Origin: Gracilinanus agilis
Lineage: Eukaryota
Assembly (NCBI RefSeq): GCF_016433145.1
Contig: NC_058130.1
Span: 132,533,157-132,597,156 of the forward strand
Direction of reading: 5' to 3'
Length of the DNA: 64,000 nucleotides
The position numbers and the translations under genes are program-made. The notes beneath the pieces are model-generated. The model was not told where the DNA came from, searched no databases, and saw nothing but the letters and a program-made list of their open reading frames with translations. Position 1 is the first letter of the stretch. Each line of letters begins with the position of its first letter. This document shows positions 22,679 to 35,362 of this stretch, one piece after another.

Positions 22679-24291
22679 TCTTTGGAAAGGCTGAGTTTGG
22701 GAGACCTGTCAAAATTTGAGATAAGGCATCTTTCCTTTAAACCAGTAGTTCCTTGAAGTCAATCCCAGGGAGTGAAGGTAAGAAGAGGCCCAAAGAAGAC
22801 ACTCCACTCCTTTCCCCCTTCAGGAAAATTTATTGGCACTTTTTAGACCTCCTTTCCCTGATCCTCTTGCTCACAGTCCTGCTCCAGGCCCAACCCTTCT
22901 GTTTCCTTGAAAACTAAGCCTAGGAGCCAGCCTTGCCCTCCTGCCCTTCCTCCCAAGGCTAAACTGTAGCCCACAAGGACCTCATTGCCTGTACACTGAC
23001 TAAAAATCCATGGCAGTCGGCAAGCTGGGGGATATTAAAATATAGGCCCCTTAGGCCTGTTTGAGCCTGTCAAACTCCAATTAGGCTGGAGTAAAACTGT
23101 AGATGGGGCTCAGGATTCTCTCCCTGCTGGGATTACTAGTGACTCTGGGGCATGAAATTGAAGTTAGGAATCTCCTAATGGAGCCTTGGGGTCCCATGGA
23201 GTGGGAAGATCCTGGCAGTATGGAAAAGGCCAGAGGAGAGAAAAGAAATGATTGGGGAGGCAGTTTAGAGAAAGAGGTCGGGGGTGGGTTGGGTCTGCCC
23301 TCTTCTAAGCTGCCTGGTCAGCTCTAAGGAACACCACACCCTCCTGACCTCCATCTGCAGGAATCTGGGGCTATCATGTGATATCTTAACCTCCTGCCTG
23401 AGGTCTTATTCTGCCCTCTAAGATGGAGCTGGCTCCCACAGAGGGCAGTGTCCAACAACCTGCCTTTAACCTAACTCCTCAGTACCATGAGTAGTACAGA
23501 GAGAGGAAGAGGGAGGGAGGGATAGGGACAGAGCACTAAGGAAAAAGAGGGAGGGATTTGAATGTTGTGGAGAGCAGGGCCATGGCTTTGGAGGGACCTG
23601 AAGACAGAAGGGAGAGGGGGGCAGGGGAGGGAACAGAGAGTTTCCATACTCTGTCCTATAGATCATTATCTTAAAGATGGGCAGGTTGGACTGTGTCCCT
23701 TCCTACTGCCATCTTTCTCCTTTTGGACATAAAAAGAGTGCAATTTAGTTTCTAGGTTCTAATTCCAAGTGCTATTTATTTACTAGCACTGTGATTTGGG
23801 GCAGGCCACTTCTCTGGACCTCAGGTTCCTCATCCATAAAACCAGAGTGCTGGAATGGACTAGAGGACCTGATCTCTAAGTTCTCTTTCGGTTCTAATTC
23901 CAATTACGACACACAAGAATTGGCTCAATTGTGTTTCAGGCCAACATGACCCTTTGAGTCTCAAAACTGCCTGAAGAAAGAAACATCAACATTGAGATTT
24001 GAGAAAAGGAAATAAACAGCTTATAGACTCAGAATGTCAGCCCCACAAGCAGCCTCAGAGATCAGCATTTTAAAGAAGAAGAAACTGAGATAACAGAGTT
24101 GAAAACAGTATTGCTTAGAGGGCAGCAAACTAAACTTGTAGTCCAAAAGGCCTGGCTCCAAATCCTGCCTCTAACACAAACCTTAGCCTCAACTATAACT
24201 CATCTACAAAATGGGTATAATAGCACCTACCACCAAAGGTTGTTATGAAAATGAACTGAGATAATATATGCAAAGCTGAGATCATGTAGTC

Positions 24292-24509
24292 TAGGTGTTC
24301 CCCACCTGGAGTGTCCTGTGAATAGATTTCAGGGGTAACGTGAACTTGGAAATGTTAATGATTTATAACTGTGTTGCAATTTATTTAGTTTCCTTTATAA
24401 TCCTTTGTATTTTAATGTATGCTTTAAAGACAATGTTCTGACCAAGGGTCCACAAACTTCGACAGACTACCAAAGGGGTCCCCAACCCCCAAAAGGTTAA
24501 GAATCCTTA
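24292..24509 (+). mobile_element. Ancient hAT-Charlie MITE (Charlie4z-like) inserted in a MIR
   Basis: Degenerate TIRs (taggtgttc.. / ..ggttaagaatcctta). Internal cagactaccaaaggggtcc..aaaaggttaag. 8-bp TSD atgtagtc (24284-24291) / atctagtc (24510-24517). Confidence 0.78.
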
Positions 24510-25859
24510 ATCTAGTCCAATCTCGTCATTTCCAAAAGCAGAGAACTGAGCCTCATAGAGGTTAAGTGACTTTCCCAAAGTCAAACTGATCATTAGTGGC
24601 AGAGCTGGGACTAAAACTGAGGTTTTCTGACTCCTGGAGCAATGTTCTTTTCTGCTACCATTCTATCTACTATCACCCTCCCCAGTGCAAACCCATTTGC
24701 AATTTAAGTGATCCCTTCTTTAGCTGAATCCAAGGGAGTAGCTAATGGGATTTCAGGCACTGTGGCAGTCGAATGAGGAAGATATTTTTGGACAGAGGTC
24801 CTTTCTCAGGGCCCTTAATCACACCACCCAGGTGGCTACCTCCTCTAGTCCTAGGTGAAGCAGCCTTCTGGAGACACAGGGCATTCTCCAAAAGACCTTG
24901 AGCCAGAACTCTATCTAAGGGTTTCTTTGACTGTGGGAAGACTTCTTTTCTCCAAATCTCCTTCCATTTCAGCTTCTACTCCCCCTCCTCTCATAAAATA
25001 ACAGCTAAGAAAGACCTTAGAGAATGGACTGTAGGTATTACCTTATCTGGGACTCAGTAAAAGGTTTGAATTAGATCATTGCTAAAGTACCCTCTAACTC
25101 TGATATAGGAGCATAGGATTTACAGCAGGAAGGGATCTTGGGGATCTTGTCCACCTTCTTCACTTTACAATGGGAAAAGGATACCCAGGCTAGTCTAATG
25201 ACTTGCCTCCAGCCACAGAGAGAGTGGCACAGATGAACATTGCTAAAGCCAGTAATCCTCATAGAGGACCCTAACAAAACCTAGACTTTGCCTTGCAGGT
25301 AGGGGCTGTGTCCTCACTATTTACCCCCACCCCTACCGAATTGGTTCAGAAGTAGTCTTAGCTCAGGGCTGTCTTCTTCCTGCAGATTCCCGTGGGGCCC
25401 AGAATCTGGGCTTTGGGGGCAGCTGGCTGTCTTCACTTCAGCCCAGTTCCAATTAACCCAGTTCAGCCACATTGTTCTTTGGCTGTAACCCCTTTAGAGT
25501 GGTACCTTGCCCTCCACGACTGTCCAGAGATATAAGGGTTGCCCTTATCCCTAATCTCATCACCAGCAATAGGAACCCCGGCAAGTGTTTGGGGTGAGGG
25601 ACTTGGGAGAGGAGCTTTAGCCACCCTCCCTCCACAACTAAGGACCCTCATATCCAGGTTTCTTAGCTGAGGTACCTTGGACACACAAGGAGACAAGAGG
25701 ATGGATCAGATGACCTTTCTAGGGTTCTATGACTCAAGACTGTACTAACCTCATTACTACTAGCCCCCTTGGGCTTTGACCTAGAAACTGAATGGGGTAA
25801 AAGGTGTGCTTCTATGGGGGAGGAGGGGGAAGGGAGAGGAAGAACGGTCTCTAGGACCC

Positions 25860-27230
25860 AGCAGGCTGCTGGCGCACCCGAGAGGTGGAGACAGGCGGCA
25901 AGCAGGCAGGCAGGCTGGCGGGCGGGCGGGCAGGCTGGGAGGGTGGGAGGCGGCAGCAGAGAGGCCAGGCGCGGAGGGCGCCTAGGCGTACCACTAGAAG
26001 GGAGAATCTGTACCCCTGTGCGGTGAAAGGCAGGGCTGCGGGGCTCGCTCAGTGACCTGGGCTTTCCCAGAGCGCGGGGCAGGTGTGCAGTGGGGCGGGG
26101 CGGGCCGGGGCCGGGCTGGGGCCGAGGTTGCCCCGCCCGGGGCCAGGCGATGCTGGGATGGAACTGAGCCGTCGGGGCCAACCCGGGAGGCTCGGACAGC
26201 GGGGCCACCCCGTTGGGGCGCCCCGCTCGGCGGAGGGGAAGCCGAAGGGGCACTCAGCCCCTGACCTCCTCGTTCTCCTCCTTCTCCTCCTCCCGGTGGC
26301 GCGCATTTAAGGAGCCGCCGCTGCTCCCAGCTCCTGGACCCTTCACCCCGCTCCGGGGCCGGGGCACAGAGCCAGCCCCAGTGCGCCCCCTCCCCAGTCA
26401 GAAGCTCGCACAAATGGCCGAGGCGCCCTGAGATCCCGCCTCCCAGCCCCGGACCCGGACGCTGGACCCCGGACCACAGCCGGCTGGCGGGCTGGCAAAC
26501 GGGCCGGGGCTGAAGGCTAGGCGCCCGGGACCATTCCACCGTTCGGCGCCTCTTCCGGCAGTTTCTGTCCAGGTAAGTAGCGCCCGCTCCCCGACTCCGC
26601 GCTACCTGGACCCCCCCCCACTCTCCAGGCCCTTGTGTTCCCCCACTCCCCCAGGGAAACAGGGGGAAAGGAAGGGCAACCACCGCGCCCCCTCCCCGGG
26701 GATGCACCTGCCCATAGAGCACTCTGGGCGGGGAGTGGGGAGGAGTCCCCCCCCTGGGGCTCCGGGGTGAGCAGCCCGCAGGTGAGCGAGATGGGGTGAG
26801 GGGGAACTGGAGGGGGTTGTCTGGGCTTGCCCCAGCCTTTGTCACCCTCCTCGCCTTCTCCCTATCCTTCTCCCCTTCCTCTTCCTTGCATCACCAGGCA
26901 GCCTGGACTCGGTTGAAGGACATCTCTTTGTGTCTCAGCTCAACCGAGCAGCCGCCGCCCCCTCCTCCCCTCTGGCTCCCCTTATCCCTGCTCCGACAAG
27001 GTTCCTGCCCGCTCCCTCTTTCTTCTCACCGGGAGGGTGCATACACTGTGCTGGGGAGAGGGTTGGAAGAAGGGATGATGGGGGGGGGGGGGTTGGGGAG
27101 GTGGAATTCTCCCCCTCCTTTGGTGGCGCTTAGGATCCTGCAGAAAGGAGAGGGAAAAGAGGAGGAGCTTCCTCGCGATACCCCCTTCGTGGCCTCCCCC
27201 CTTGTCTTCTCTGAGTTCCGGCTGTGCTGA
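25860..27230. promoter_or_regulatory. CpG-island promoter
   Basis: Abrupt GC- and CpG-rich, TE-free block in an otherwise CpG-depleted window. GC box ggggcgggg at 26092-26100 and TATA-like atttaag at 26305-26311. Confidence 0.92.
26330..26572 (+). other. Putative non-coding first exon of an unidentified gene (5' end approximate)
   Basis: Perfect donor CAG|GTAAGT at 26570-26578 inside the CpG island, downstream of GC boxes. The only ATG (26414) stops after 5 codons. Confidence 0.68.
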
Positions 27231-30200
27231 CCCAGGTTTGGGGCATGGGGAGCAGAAGGGGTAAGGAAGGGTCACCAAAAGCATCGATCCCCTAACCAGA
27301 TCCACCCTACAAAAGGAGATGTGGGAGGGCGGGTTGTGTGGTGAAAAAGAGCACCTTCCTGGGAACCAGGATCCCCGGCTTCCAACTCGGGTTCTGTCAC
27401 ATGCGCTTTACCTCAGTTTCCTCACCCGTGAAATGGATATAATAATGGGATCACGTGCTTGAACGGAGGACCTCACTAGAGTTGTTGTGAGAGGCTAAAG
27501 AGATGAAGTGCTCTAAGGTATTGTTCTTAGACAAGGAACTGCTTCTCTAGTTTTACCGACCCTAGTCTTCCATGCTTTGGTTTGATGGGTCAAACATAGG
27601 CTGCTAGTGGAGCTGCCCTTTTGGACAATTCAGTTTCATGGGTGCTGCCCTTTGGGAAGGACAGATTGACTGTCGGCAATCCATGCCCTCTTTTGATCTG
27701 CAAGAACAATGGAACATCTAGCCTGTTAGCTCTGGGAGTGTATTGTGAATCTTTGTTTAGGAAATTCTAAGAGAACCTTTCCTAGGATCTCCACTTCCCA
27801 CTCCCCAGTCCAATCATCCAATCCCAAAGATCTCTGCTTTTCCACGGTGTTTACTTTCCTAGAAAGGCGGATCCAACAAGATGTAAAAGGTATAGTGATT
27901 CCTTCTCTTGCAGAGATAAAAGAAAGAAATTATCTGAATGTCCTAAGCTATTTCCGTTCTGGGTACCCAAGTGTGTGGGGAGTTTGGAGTTTGTTGTTTG
28001 TTTTTTTTGTTTTTTGGAGGGGGAGGAAAGGCTCAGATTCTTCATAAGCCTCTCTGGGTTTCATTTATGTTCCCTCCAAGGACTTCTTTCCATCATCCAT
28101 CCTTCTTTCCTCCCTGATTGAGAAAGAGAGAGAGGATACAAGGCTGGATAAAGAGGGTCCTGAGAACCCTGAATCCCAAGTGAGTTTTCCACTTAAATAG
28201 AAATAAATATCCAGTGAATCTTTCCTGAACCCCAACCCCTTCTATTTGCTATGTAAACTAAGAGGGAAACAGGGAGGGAATAGGTTTTTCTACTTTATTT
28301 GGCCAGTAGCCTCATTGTTAATCTCGTCCTGTTATAGGGGCAAGGATAGGTATGGTTGCCCCTGAAATCAGAGACTCCTGAGAGGATGATGTTTGCAGAA
28401 TGGCACTAGGAATTATAGATTAAGAGTCCTTAAGGTTCATCTAGTCCGACCTTCTCGCTTTATAGATGAAGCTCATAGAAGTCATTTGTCCAAGGTCACC
28501 CAGATAATTCATTACAAAGCTAGAATTTGAACCAACTCCTAATTCAGCCTTCCATCCATCACTGCATCAAGCTGCTTCCCATATAATTGATGAGACCTCA
28601 CTTTGTATTGCTGTCTACACTTCCACATCTACTCTCCCATTTGATCCTTATAACCCAGGGAAATATCACTGACTCCACTTTACAGATTAAGAAATTGAGG
28701 CCCAGGGAAGTGACACCTTGCACATGGTAGGCATCCAAATTGTATTCATTGATTACATTGCTTCACATAGAGTTGGGACTAGAAATTAAGTCTCCTGACT
28801 TCCATCTTCCAGTATCGGTTATGACCTTGGACAAAAAACTTCCCCTTTTTGGACCTGTTTCCCTACATTAATTCATTTCATCTCTTAACATTCTGTGTTC
28901 TTTAAAGTACCTTCTGAAGCTATGATTCCTGCCTGGAATTCATCAGGTGGCTACAATATTTTTCCAAGGTGCTATCTTGGCCAGCTTGAAGGAATAACTG
29001 AATCTCTTTCCCAGAAGTCTTAGGAAGTAGGAATGAGGTATGGAAGAATTATTAAGAGAAGGTATGTGAACCCACTCAAACCTTTTCTCATAGGGTCCTT
29101 TTGACAGGTAGCATCCTCTCCTGATCCAAGGACTATCACCATTTCAGCTTCAGCTGTGATACCAGATCTCTATTTATTATGTGACCTTAGTCAACTAAGG
29201 CCCTTTGGACTTGTAACTTTTCATTTGTGAACCTGGGACAACAACACTGCTAATCTAGGAGGAGGATGAAGAAGAGGCCTTGTGAAGAAGCTCTACAAAT
29301 CCCCCAGTGTTAGCATTTCTTCTCTCTGGCTATTCTGCTCTGGAAACCCTTAAATTTCCTGGGTGTGTCTCTGTGTATCAGTGAATATGGCACCTGAGTT
29401 TTGTGTGTGTTCTTTCATGGGAACACTAGTCTTCCAATGACTGGTATCTCTGCTGAATAAGCTAAATTCATCAGAAGACAAGTTAAGAGGGAGGAACCCC
29501 AAGCAACTCTTTCATAGAGTAGAAGAAATAAGACAGTCCCAGTTCAAAGTACTTCAGTGACTCCCTATTGTCTATAGAAAAAGGTATAAACTCTTTAGCC
29601 TGGTATTCAAAGCCTTGTATAATCTGATGCCATATTACCTTGCATCCCAGTACATTGACCTCATGCTCCAGCCAAAACCTGCTCCCTGTATCCTGACTAC
29701 ACTGTGCCTTCACCTGACTTCTGATTAAAGACCTTCCTCTCTGAAACTTTTCTGTTCTTTAGAGATTCAAATTCCACCTCTTCCATGAAGCATTCCCTAA
29801 ATACTCCAGCTCAAAGTGAGCTCTCTTCTCTGCCTTCTTACAGTACTTGTCAGCCACACTGATTTGATTCATATATTAATTTGTGTTCATAATTTTTCCT
29901 GTATGCATATCTTAACTCTCCATCAAAATAGCATAAGCTCCTTGAGGCCAGAGCCTGGATAATTGAATTCCTTCCCCCCCACTCAAAAAAAGTTTAACGT
30001 AAGAGTTCTAAAGTCTCAAGAAATACTTAAATTTAACAAAATGTTATAATTGGGTAAGATCTTAGTGATTATCTCGTCTAACTCTTTTACTGTAATAATC
30101 TTTTAAAGCTGCCATTTATATGGCATTTTAAGGCTTACAAAGTGTTTTCACATACATTCTCTGATCCCCACACCAATCTGGGCAGAAGAGGATCATGGCT

Positions 30201-30819
30201 AATTAGCAGGAAAGTGGCAGCTGGAACCCAGGTGTCCTGTCTCCCAGCCCTGGGGTCATTCCCACAATCATTAGTTTGATTAGGTGGCTTAATGAAGGAA
30301 AGTGGAAAGGAAGTGTGTGTGTGTCATGTACATGTGAGAGAGCTGGGTGTTTTGAGAAAATGGATGTGAATATATGCTCATCCACTTCCCTCCCCCCACC
30401 CTTGGCAATTATTACTAAAATAGAATTATCTCTAGATTTTTTTAGGCTCCTAAGGGGCTGAGTATTAGCCTGGATTTCTCCAAACCCCAGCTAGTCAGTA
30501 ATACAGGTGAATTGTCAACCTTTGTTAACTTTTTCAGGTACTGTTTCTTACACTGGATATACCTATTGGAAAAAGAAGTTAAAGGCAGTAGAAAGAGTTA
30601 TAGGCCAGCAGTGAGGAGTCCAAGGTTCTTGGCTACTGGCCCTGGGAAAGTCACTTCCTGTACTCATCAATTTCTTCATTTGTAAGATGAAGGAGTTGGA
30701 CTAGAGGACCTCTAAGAAACCTTCCAGTTCTGATATTCTGTGTAAGATGATAATGGACAGACAAACAGAATGCTGAGTCTTCCTGTATCCCTGGCATACA
30801 GTCTAATCCAACAGGCACT

Positions 30820-32600
30820 GATGAATGGCCCACGTACATGGCATGTGCTAGATTCTCAGGAAACAAAGACAAAATAAAATAGTTCCTGCCCCTAAGGAGC
30901 TTATTTTTTCCTGGGGGAACACAACATGTAAACATAAGTTATACCTGATCATTAGAGAAAAGAGAGAGTACAACTGCCAGAACCATCCGCAAAGGCTTCC
31001 CATAGGAAGCACCACGCAAGCTAAACCTCGAGGGAAGCCAGGGAATCGAGAAATGGAATGTGGAGTTTAGGCATCGACAAGTAGGCCAGTTTGGCTAAAA
31101 TGTAGAGGGTATGAAGTGGTACAATTTACAGTAAGCCTGAAATGATGGCCTGGAGCCAGACCATAAAGAGCCAAGCTGAGGATTTTGTATTTTATTCTAA
31201 AAGACAGTCAAAAGCCATCGAAGGTCCTTGAACAAGGAACAAAATGATCCGATTTGTGCTTATAGGTAGATGCTTCTGTCAGATGCAGAGAGTATTAGAG
31301 AGGGGAAGAAGCTGGAAGTGAGGAATCCAGTTAGTAAGCTGATGGCAATCAGCAATCTAAGCAAGAGGAGAGACAGGCCTAAACTGGGATAGTGGCTGTG
31401 TGAGTGGAGAGATGGGAAGAGATAGAAGAAAGGTGGAGGCAGAACCCAAGACATGGCAGTTGATTGGATCAGGATGAAGGGAAGTTAAAGGAGAGAGGAG
31501 TCAAGGATGACCCCAAAGTTGCTAACCTGCATGACTACTGGTAGTGCTCTCAATAGAAACAAAGAAGTGACAAGGAGGGATGGCGATAGGAGGAAATATG
31601 AGTTTCATTTTGGATAGCCAACTGGACATGTCCTAACAAGATGTTAGTACTATGGAACTGGACTTTCAGAAGGGAAACTAAAGCTGGATATATAGATCTG
31701 GAAGTCATATACATAGATGTCATTGAGGTAGGTAGGTGGCATAGTAGATACAGCACTGGAATGGGGAATTTGGAAAGTCTGAGGCCCCTGGGCCTCAGTT
31801 TCTTCGTCTATTAAAAAAGGCAATAATAAAATCAACTACTTCTCAAGACTTTTGTGAGGATATAATAAAATAATATACAAAAAAAGGACTTTGCAAACCT
31901 TAAAGCACTACATAAGTGCTAGCTATTATTAGAAGAGGGTCTTGAGGGGGAGGAGGACTAGCAGCTAGGTGGCTTAGTGGATTGAGAGTCAGGTCTAGAG
32001 AGGGGAGGTCCTGGGTTCAAGTCTGGATTCAAACCCTATCTAACTGTGGGACTCTGGGCAGGTCATTTAACCCTCATGGCCTAGCCCTTACCACATTTCT
32101 GCTTTGGAACCAATATACAGTATTGATTCTAAGATAGAAGGTAAAGTTTGTTCGGTTTGGTTTCCCCCCTCCCCCCAAAGAAGAAGAGGGCCTAGAAAGG
32201 AGTATTGCTTGTGACAGGACTTGGATGATGATCCAGCAAAGGAGGCTGAAAAGGAGTAGACAAATAGGAGTAACAGAATTAAGGGAGAACAGTGACTCAA
32301 AAACCAAGGGGATATCCAAGAGGAAGACTTGATCATCACATCATTCTCAAATGCTAGAGAGTCAGGAGAAGAGACTTAAAAAAGCCAAAATGGAAAAGCT
32401 GCTAGGTAGCACTGTGGATAGAGCACCTGACCTAATCTGTCCGCAGACACTTCCTAGCTGTGTGATCCTAGGCAAGTCATTTAACCCCAACTGCCTAGCT
32501 CTTGCCCTTCTATCTTAGAATTGATACTAAGACCAAAGGTAAGAGTTTAAACAAAAAAAGGGGGGGATCAATATGGATTGGCACTGAGGATCCATTGAAT
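30820..32600 (-). mobile_element. L2 LINE fragment interrupted by a MIR and two SINEs
   Basis: Minus-strand L2 ORF2 (LLIAISLLTGFLTSS-like segment in ORF 31260-31454; YDFQIY-like region near the YADD box) and a 3' end at ~30820-30930. Confidence 0.72.
31955..32155 (+). mobile_element. SINE1
   Basis: gcagctaggtggcttagtggattgagag...gattctaagatagaaggtaaagttt. Confidence 0.88.
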
Positions 32601-32704
32601 GTAAATAACATAATTTTTTAAATGTCAATAAATGATTATCAGCCTTCTGCTTTGTACTAGTGCAGAGATAACAGAACTTAGATAAGACTTGATCTACAGT
32701 CCCT

Positions 32705-32950
32705 AGGGACAGCTAGGTAGCAGAGTAGATAGAGCATTGGACCTGGGCATTGGACCTATAGTCAGGAGGAAGACCCACATTCAAATCTGATCTCAAATAC
32801 TTCCTAACTGTGCGACCCTGGTCAAGTCACTTAACACAGTTTTCTCATTTGTAAAATGAGCTGGAGAAGGAAATGGAAAACTATTCTAAGCATCTTTGCC
32901 AAGAAAACTCCCAAAAAGAATCAAGAAGACAGACATGACTGAAATGAGGG
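32705..32950 (+). mobile_element. MAR1-type SINE
   Basis: Head, core and gagctggagaaggaaatgg..tctttgccaagaaaac..gacatgactgaa tail. Confidence 0.8.
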
Positions 32951-34534
32951 AAAATGACCACTTCCTAGAGCCCAGACTATGAAAGGGCTTTGATATATAC
33001 ATAGATAACTATAGCTATGAAATAATTTTCTTGTAAAATTCATGTCTTTATTCTTTAAGTTCTAGTGCAGATAGGATAACAATGTAGGCAACTTGCCCAT
33101 AATCACCCAGCTACTCAGTGTCAGGGCAGGATACATAATAAATGAATAAGAGAAGGGCAAGGAAGTGGTACTTGAAGATATCATGAATGAAGCAGGATCC
33201 TTTCTGGCTCAGCAGGTAAATCTCAGAAAGCTTCAGAGACAAGGTGTTATTTTAACCAGGACTTGAAAGATGAGAAGAAATTTCCCAGGCAGAGATGGGC
33301 CAGCAGGAGCATTCCAGGAATAGAGAATCTTGCCAGCAAAGTCTCAGGGTCAGAAAAGTACATAGGATGATGGTAAATAGTCCACCAGAGCTGAAGCCTT
33401 GGGTTTATGGTGGCAAATTGTGTGAAAGATGGCCAGAGAAGTAGGTTGGAGCCAGATGAAAGAGAGCTTTTATCATTCATGGGCAATAGCAGACAGTCAG
33501 AGGGTTTGGGCAGAGGGATGATGTGATCAGAGTCAGAGAGAAGGAAGAAAAAGTTGTCAGTGGTATGTAGGAAGAACCAGAGGTGGAGGGACTTCTTAGA
33601 AGGCTTTGATATCTAAATGAGTGGTAAGAAAGGGCACACCAAGGGCTTAGTGAATCTGGTGCCTCAAGGTTTAATGTCTTCCTGAGGTAAAAGGAAAAAA
33701 CATACTAGAGAGAAGACTAAAGTTGAAATCAGGAGATGAGCAGCTACCCAGAGGTTCCAGCATCCCTCTTCAGCCATAGCCGCCCCACTTATATAGCCCT
33801 TTTCTGGAAAAAGACTAGAGAGCTGCTGATTTTTTGTCATTAATCATAAAGAAGGGGGCCATTTGGGATATTTAAGTTTCAGGGGGAGGAATGAGCCTAA
33901 GGATAGAAAAAAAGGCTAGGTTTAATACATGTTTATTGATTTGAACTGAGTGTTCTTAGTCATCTTTGTGCTTTTTATATAGGAACAGTACATGAATGTG
34001 TGGAGGAGGATCTGTGATTCTATCAATGGAGGGGAACTCCTGGTATGAGGATTCCCTTCACCAGTGCAGATTGTGACCTGTCAATGATTTGTAGTTGAAC
34101 TAAAGCTTCCTAAAAACTTACAGATGGAAGGGACCTTGATCATTAAATCTTAGGGATGTTGCTTCAGGCACATCAGGTTAAATGATTTGCCTAGGATCAC
34201 CCCACTAGTAAGTCAGAGACAGAATTTGAATCTAGGGCTTCTGGCCTCTAGATACAGTATTCTTTCTACAATGCCAGGGTTGTTCATTTGCCTTGTACCT
34301 TATACTTTCTAAAGCACTTTCCATAAAGGTAGTTTTCTCCCCGATAGACAGATTTCATAGATACCCAAACAAGTTGTGATTTGCTTGTGGTCACATATAG
34401 TGAAAAGCCAAGACCAAAAATAAAGACCCCTAGCCCAGTAATCCAACAAAAAAGGGAAGATCACCATTCAAGGAGGGTATCTCCAAGTCTTTGACTTACT
34501 AGCTACTAAAGCTGTGAAATAAGGTCAAGCAAGA

Positions 34535-34780
34535 ATCCAGCTAAGTGGCACAGTGGATAAAGCACTGGGCCTGGAGTCAGGAAGATTTGAGTTCAAATCC
34601 AGCCTCAGTCACTTATTGTGTGACCCTGGGCAAGTCACTTAATCCTGTTTGCCTTGGTTTTCTCCTCTATAAAATGAGCTGGAGAAGGAAATGTCAAATC
34701 ACTCCAGTATCTTTGCCAAGAAAACCCCAAATAGGATCACAAAGAGTCAGACATGACTGAAACAACTGAACAACAAGAAA
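34535..34780 (+). mobile_element. MAR1-type SINE, full length
   Basis: cagctaagtggcacagtggataaagc head; tail actccagtatctttgccaagaaaaccccaaat..gacatgactgaaacaactgaacaacaa. Confidence 0.9.
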
Positions 34781-35171
34781 TGTAGAAAAGGAAGCAATCG
34801 CTACTGGATCCCAGAGACTGCTCAGAAAAGTCTTTCTTCCAACCTCAGAGGTCAATGATTTAAATACTTAAGTCTTCCTATGGTGTGCCAGGCATTGTGG
34901 ATACCAAGATGAAAAATGAAACAGCTAAGTGAAGGGCAGATCAGAAAGGAGAGGAACTGGAAAATAGGGGCCCAGTAAGGAAGCTAAATCACTTTTCCAG
35001 ACCAGAGATAATGAGAGTCTGGCATAATAGAGATAATAGGGTGTCAGCAGAGCAAGTGAAAAGGATGGTTTCGAAAGATCATGGAGGTACAATCAAGAAG
35101 CTGAGGCAGTTGACCAGATTTAGGTAGTGTGGAACAGAGAATTATCAAAGTGGTTACAAGTCTGGGTGACA

Positions 35172-35362
35172 ACAATGACCGATATGGAAATATGCTTTGC
35201 ATGATCATACATGTAAAACCTACATCAAATTACCATCTGGGAGCAGGGAGAGAAGGGTGGGAGACAATTTGGATCTTATAATTTTGGAAAACATATGTCA
35301 AAAATTGTTATTACATGCACTTGGGAAAATAAAACATCTTTTTTAAATGAAAAAATTTAAAC
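35172..35362 (+). mobile_element. 5'-truncated L1 3' end nested in L2
   Basis: caatgaccgatatggaaatatgctttgcatg..ggaaaataaaa. 12-bp TSD gtctgggtgaca at 35160-35171 and 35363-35374. Confidence 0.88.

Noticed and set aside
26330-26572. Assigning a gene symbol to the first exon
   Set aside because: I do not recognise the sequence, so any name would be a guess.
25663-26845. Long ORFs across the CpG island (283 aa and 196 aa on -, several on +)
   Set aside because: Pro/Gly/Arg/Ala-rich open frames are expected from stop-codon scarcity in GC-rich DNA. They overlap in multiple frames and show no recognisable domain.
29015-29062. Possible 47-nt micro-exon (ctctttcccAG ... AAG|GTATGT)
   Set aside because: Such splice-like pairs are frequent by chance, and there is no frame or other supporting signal.
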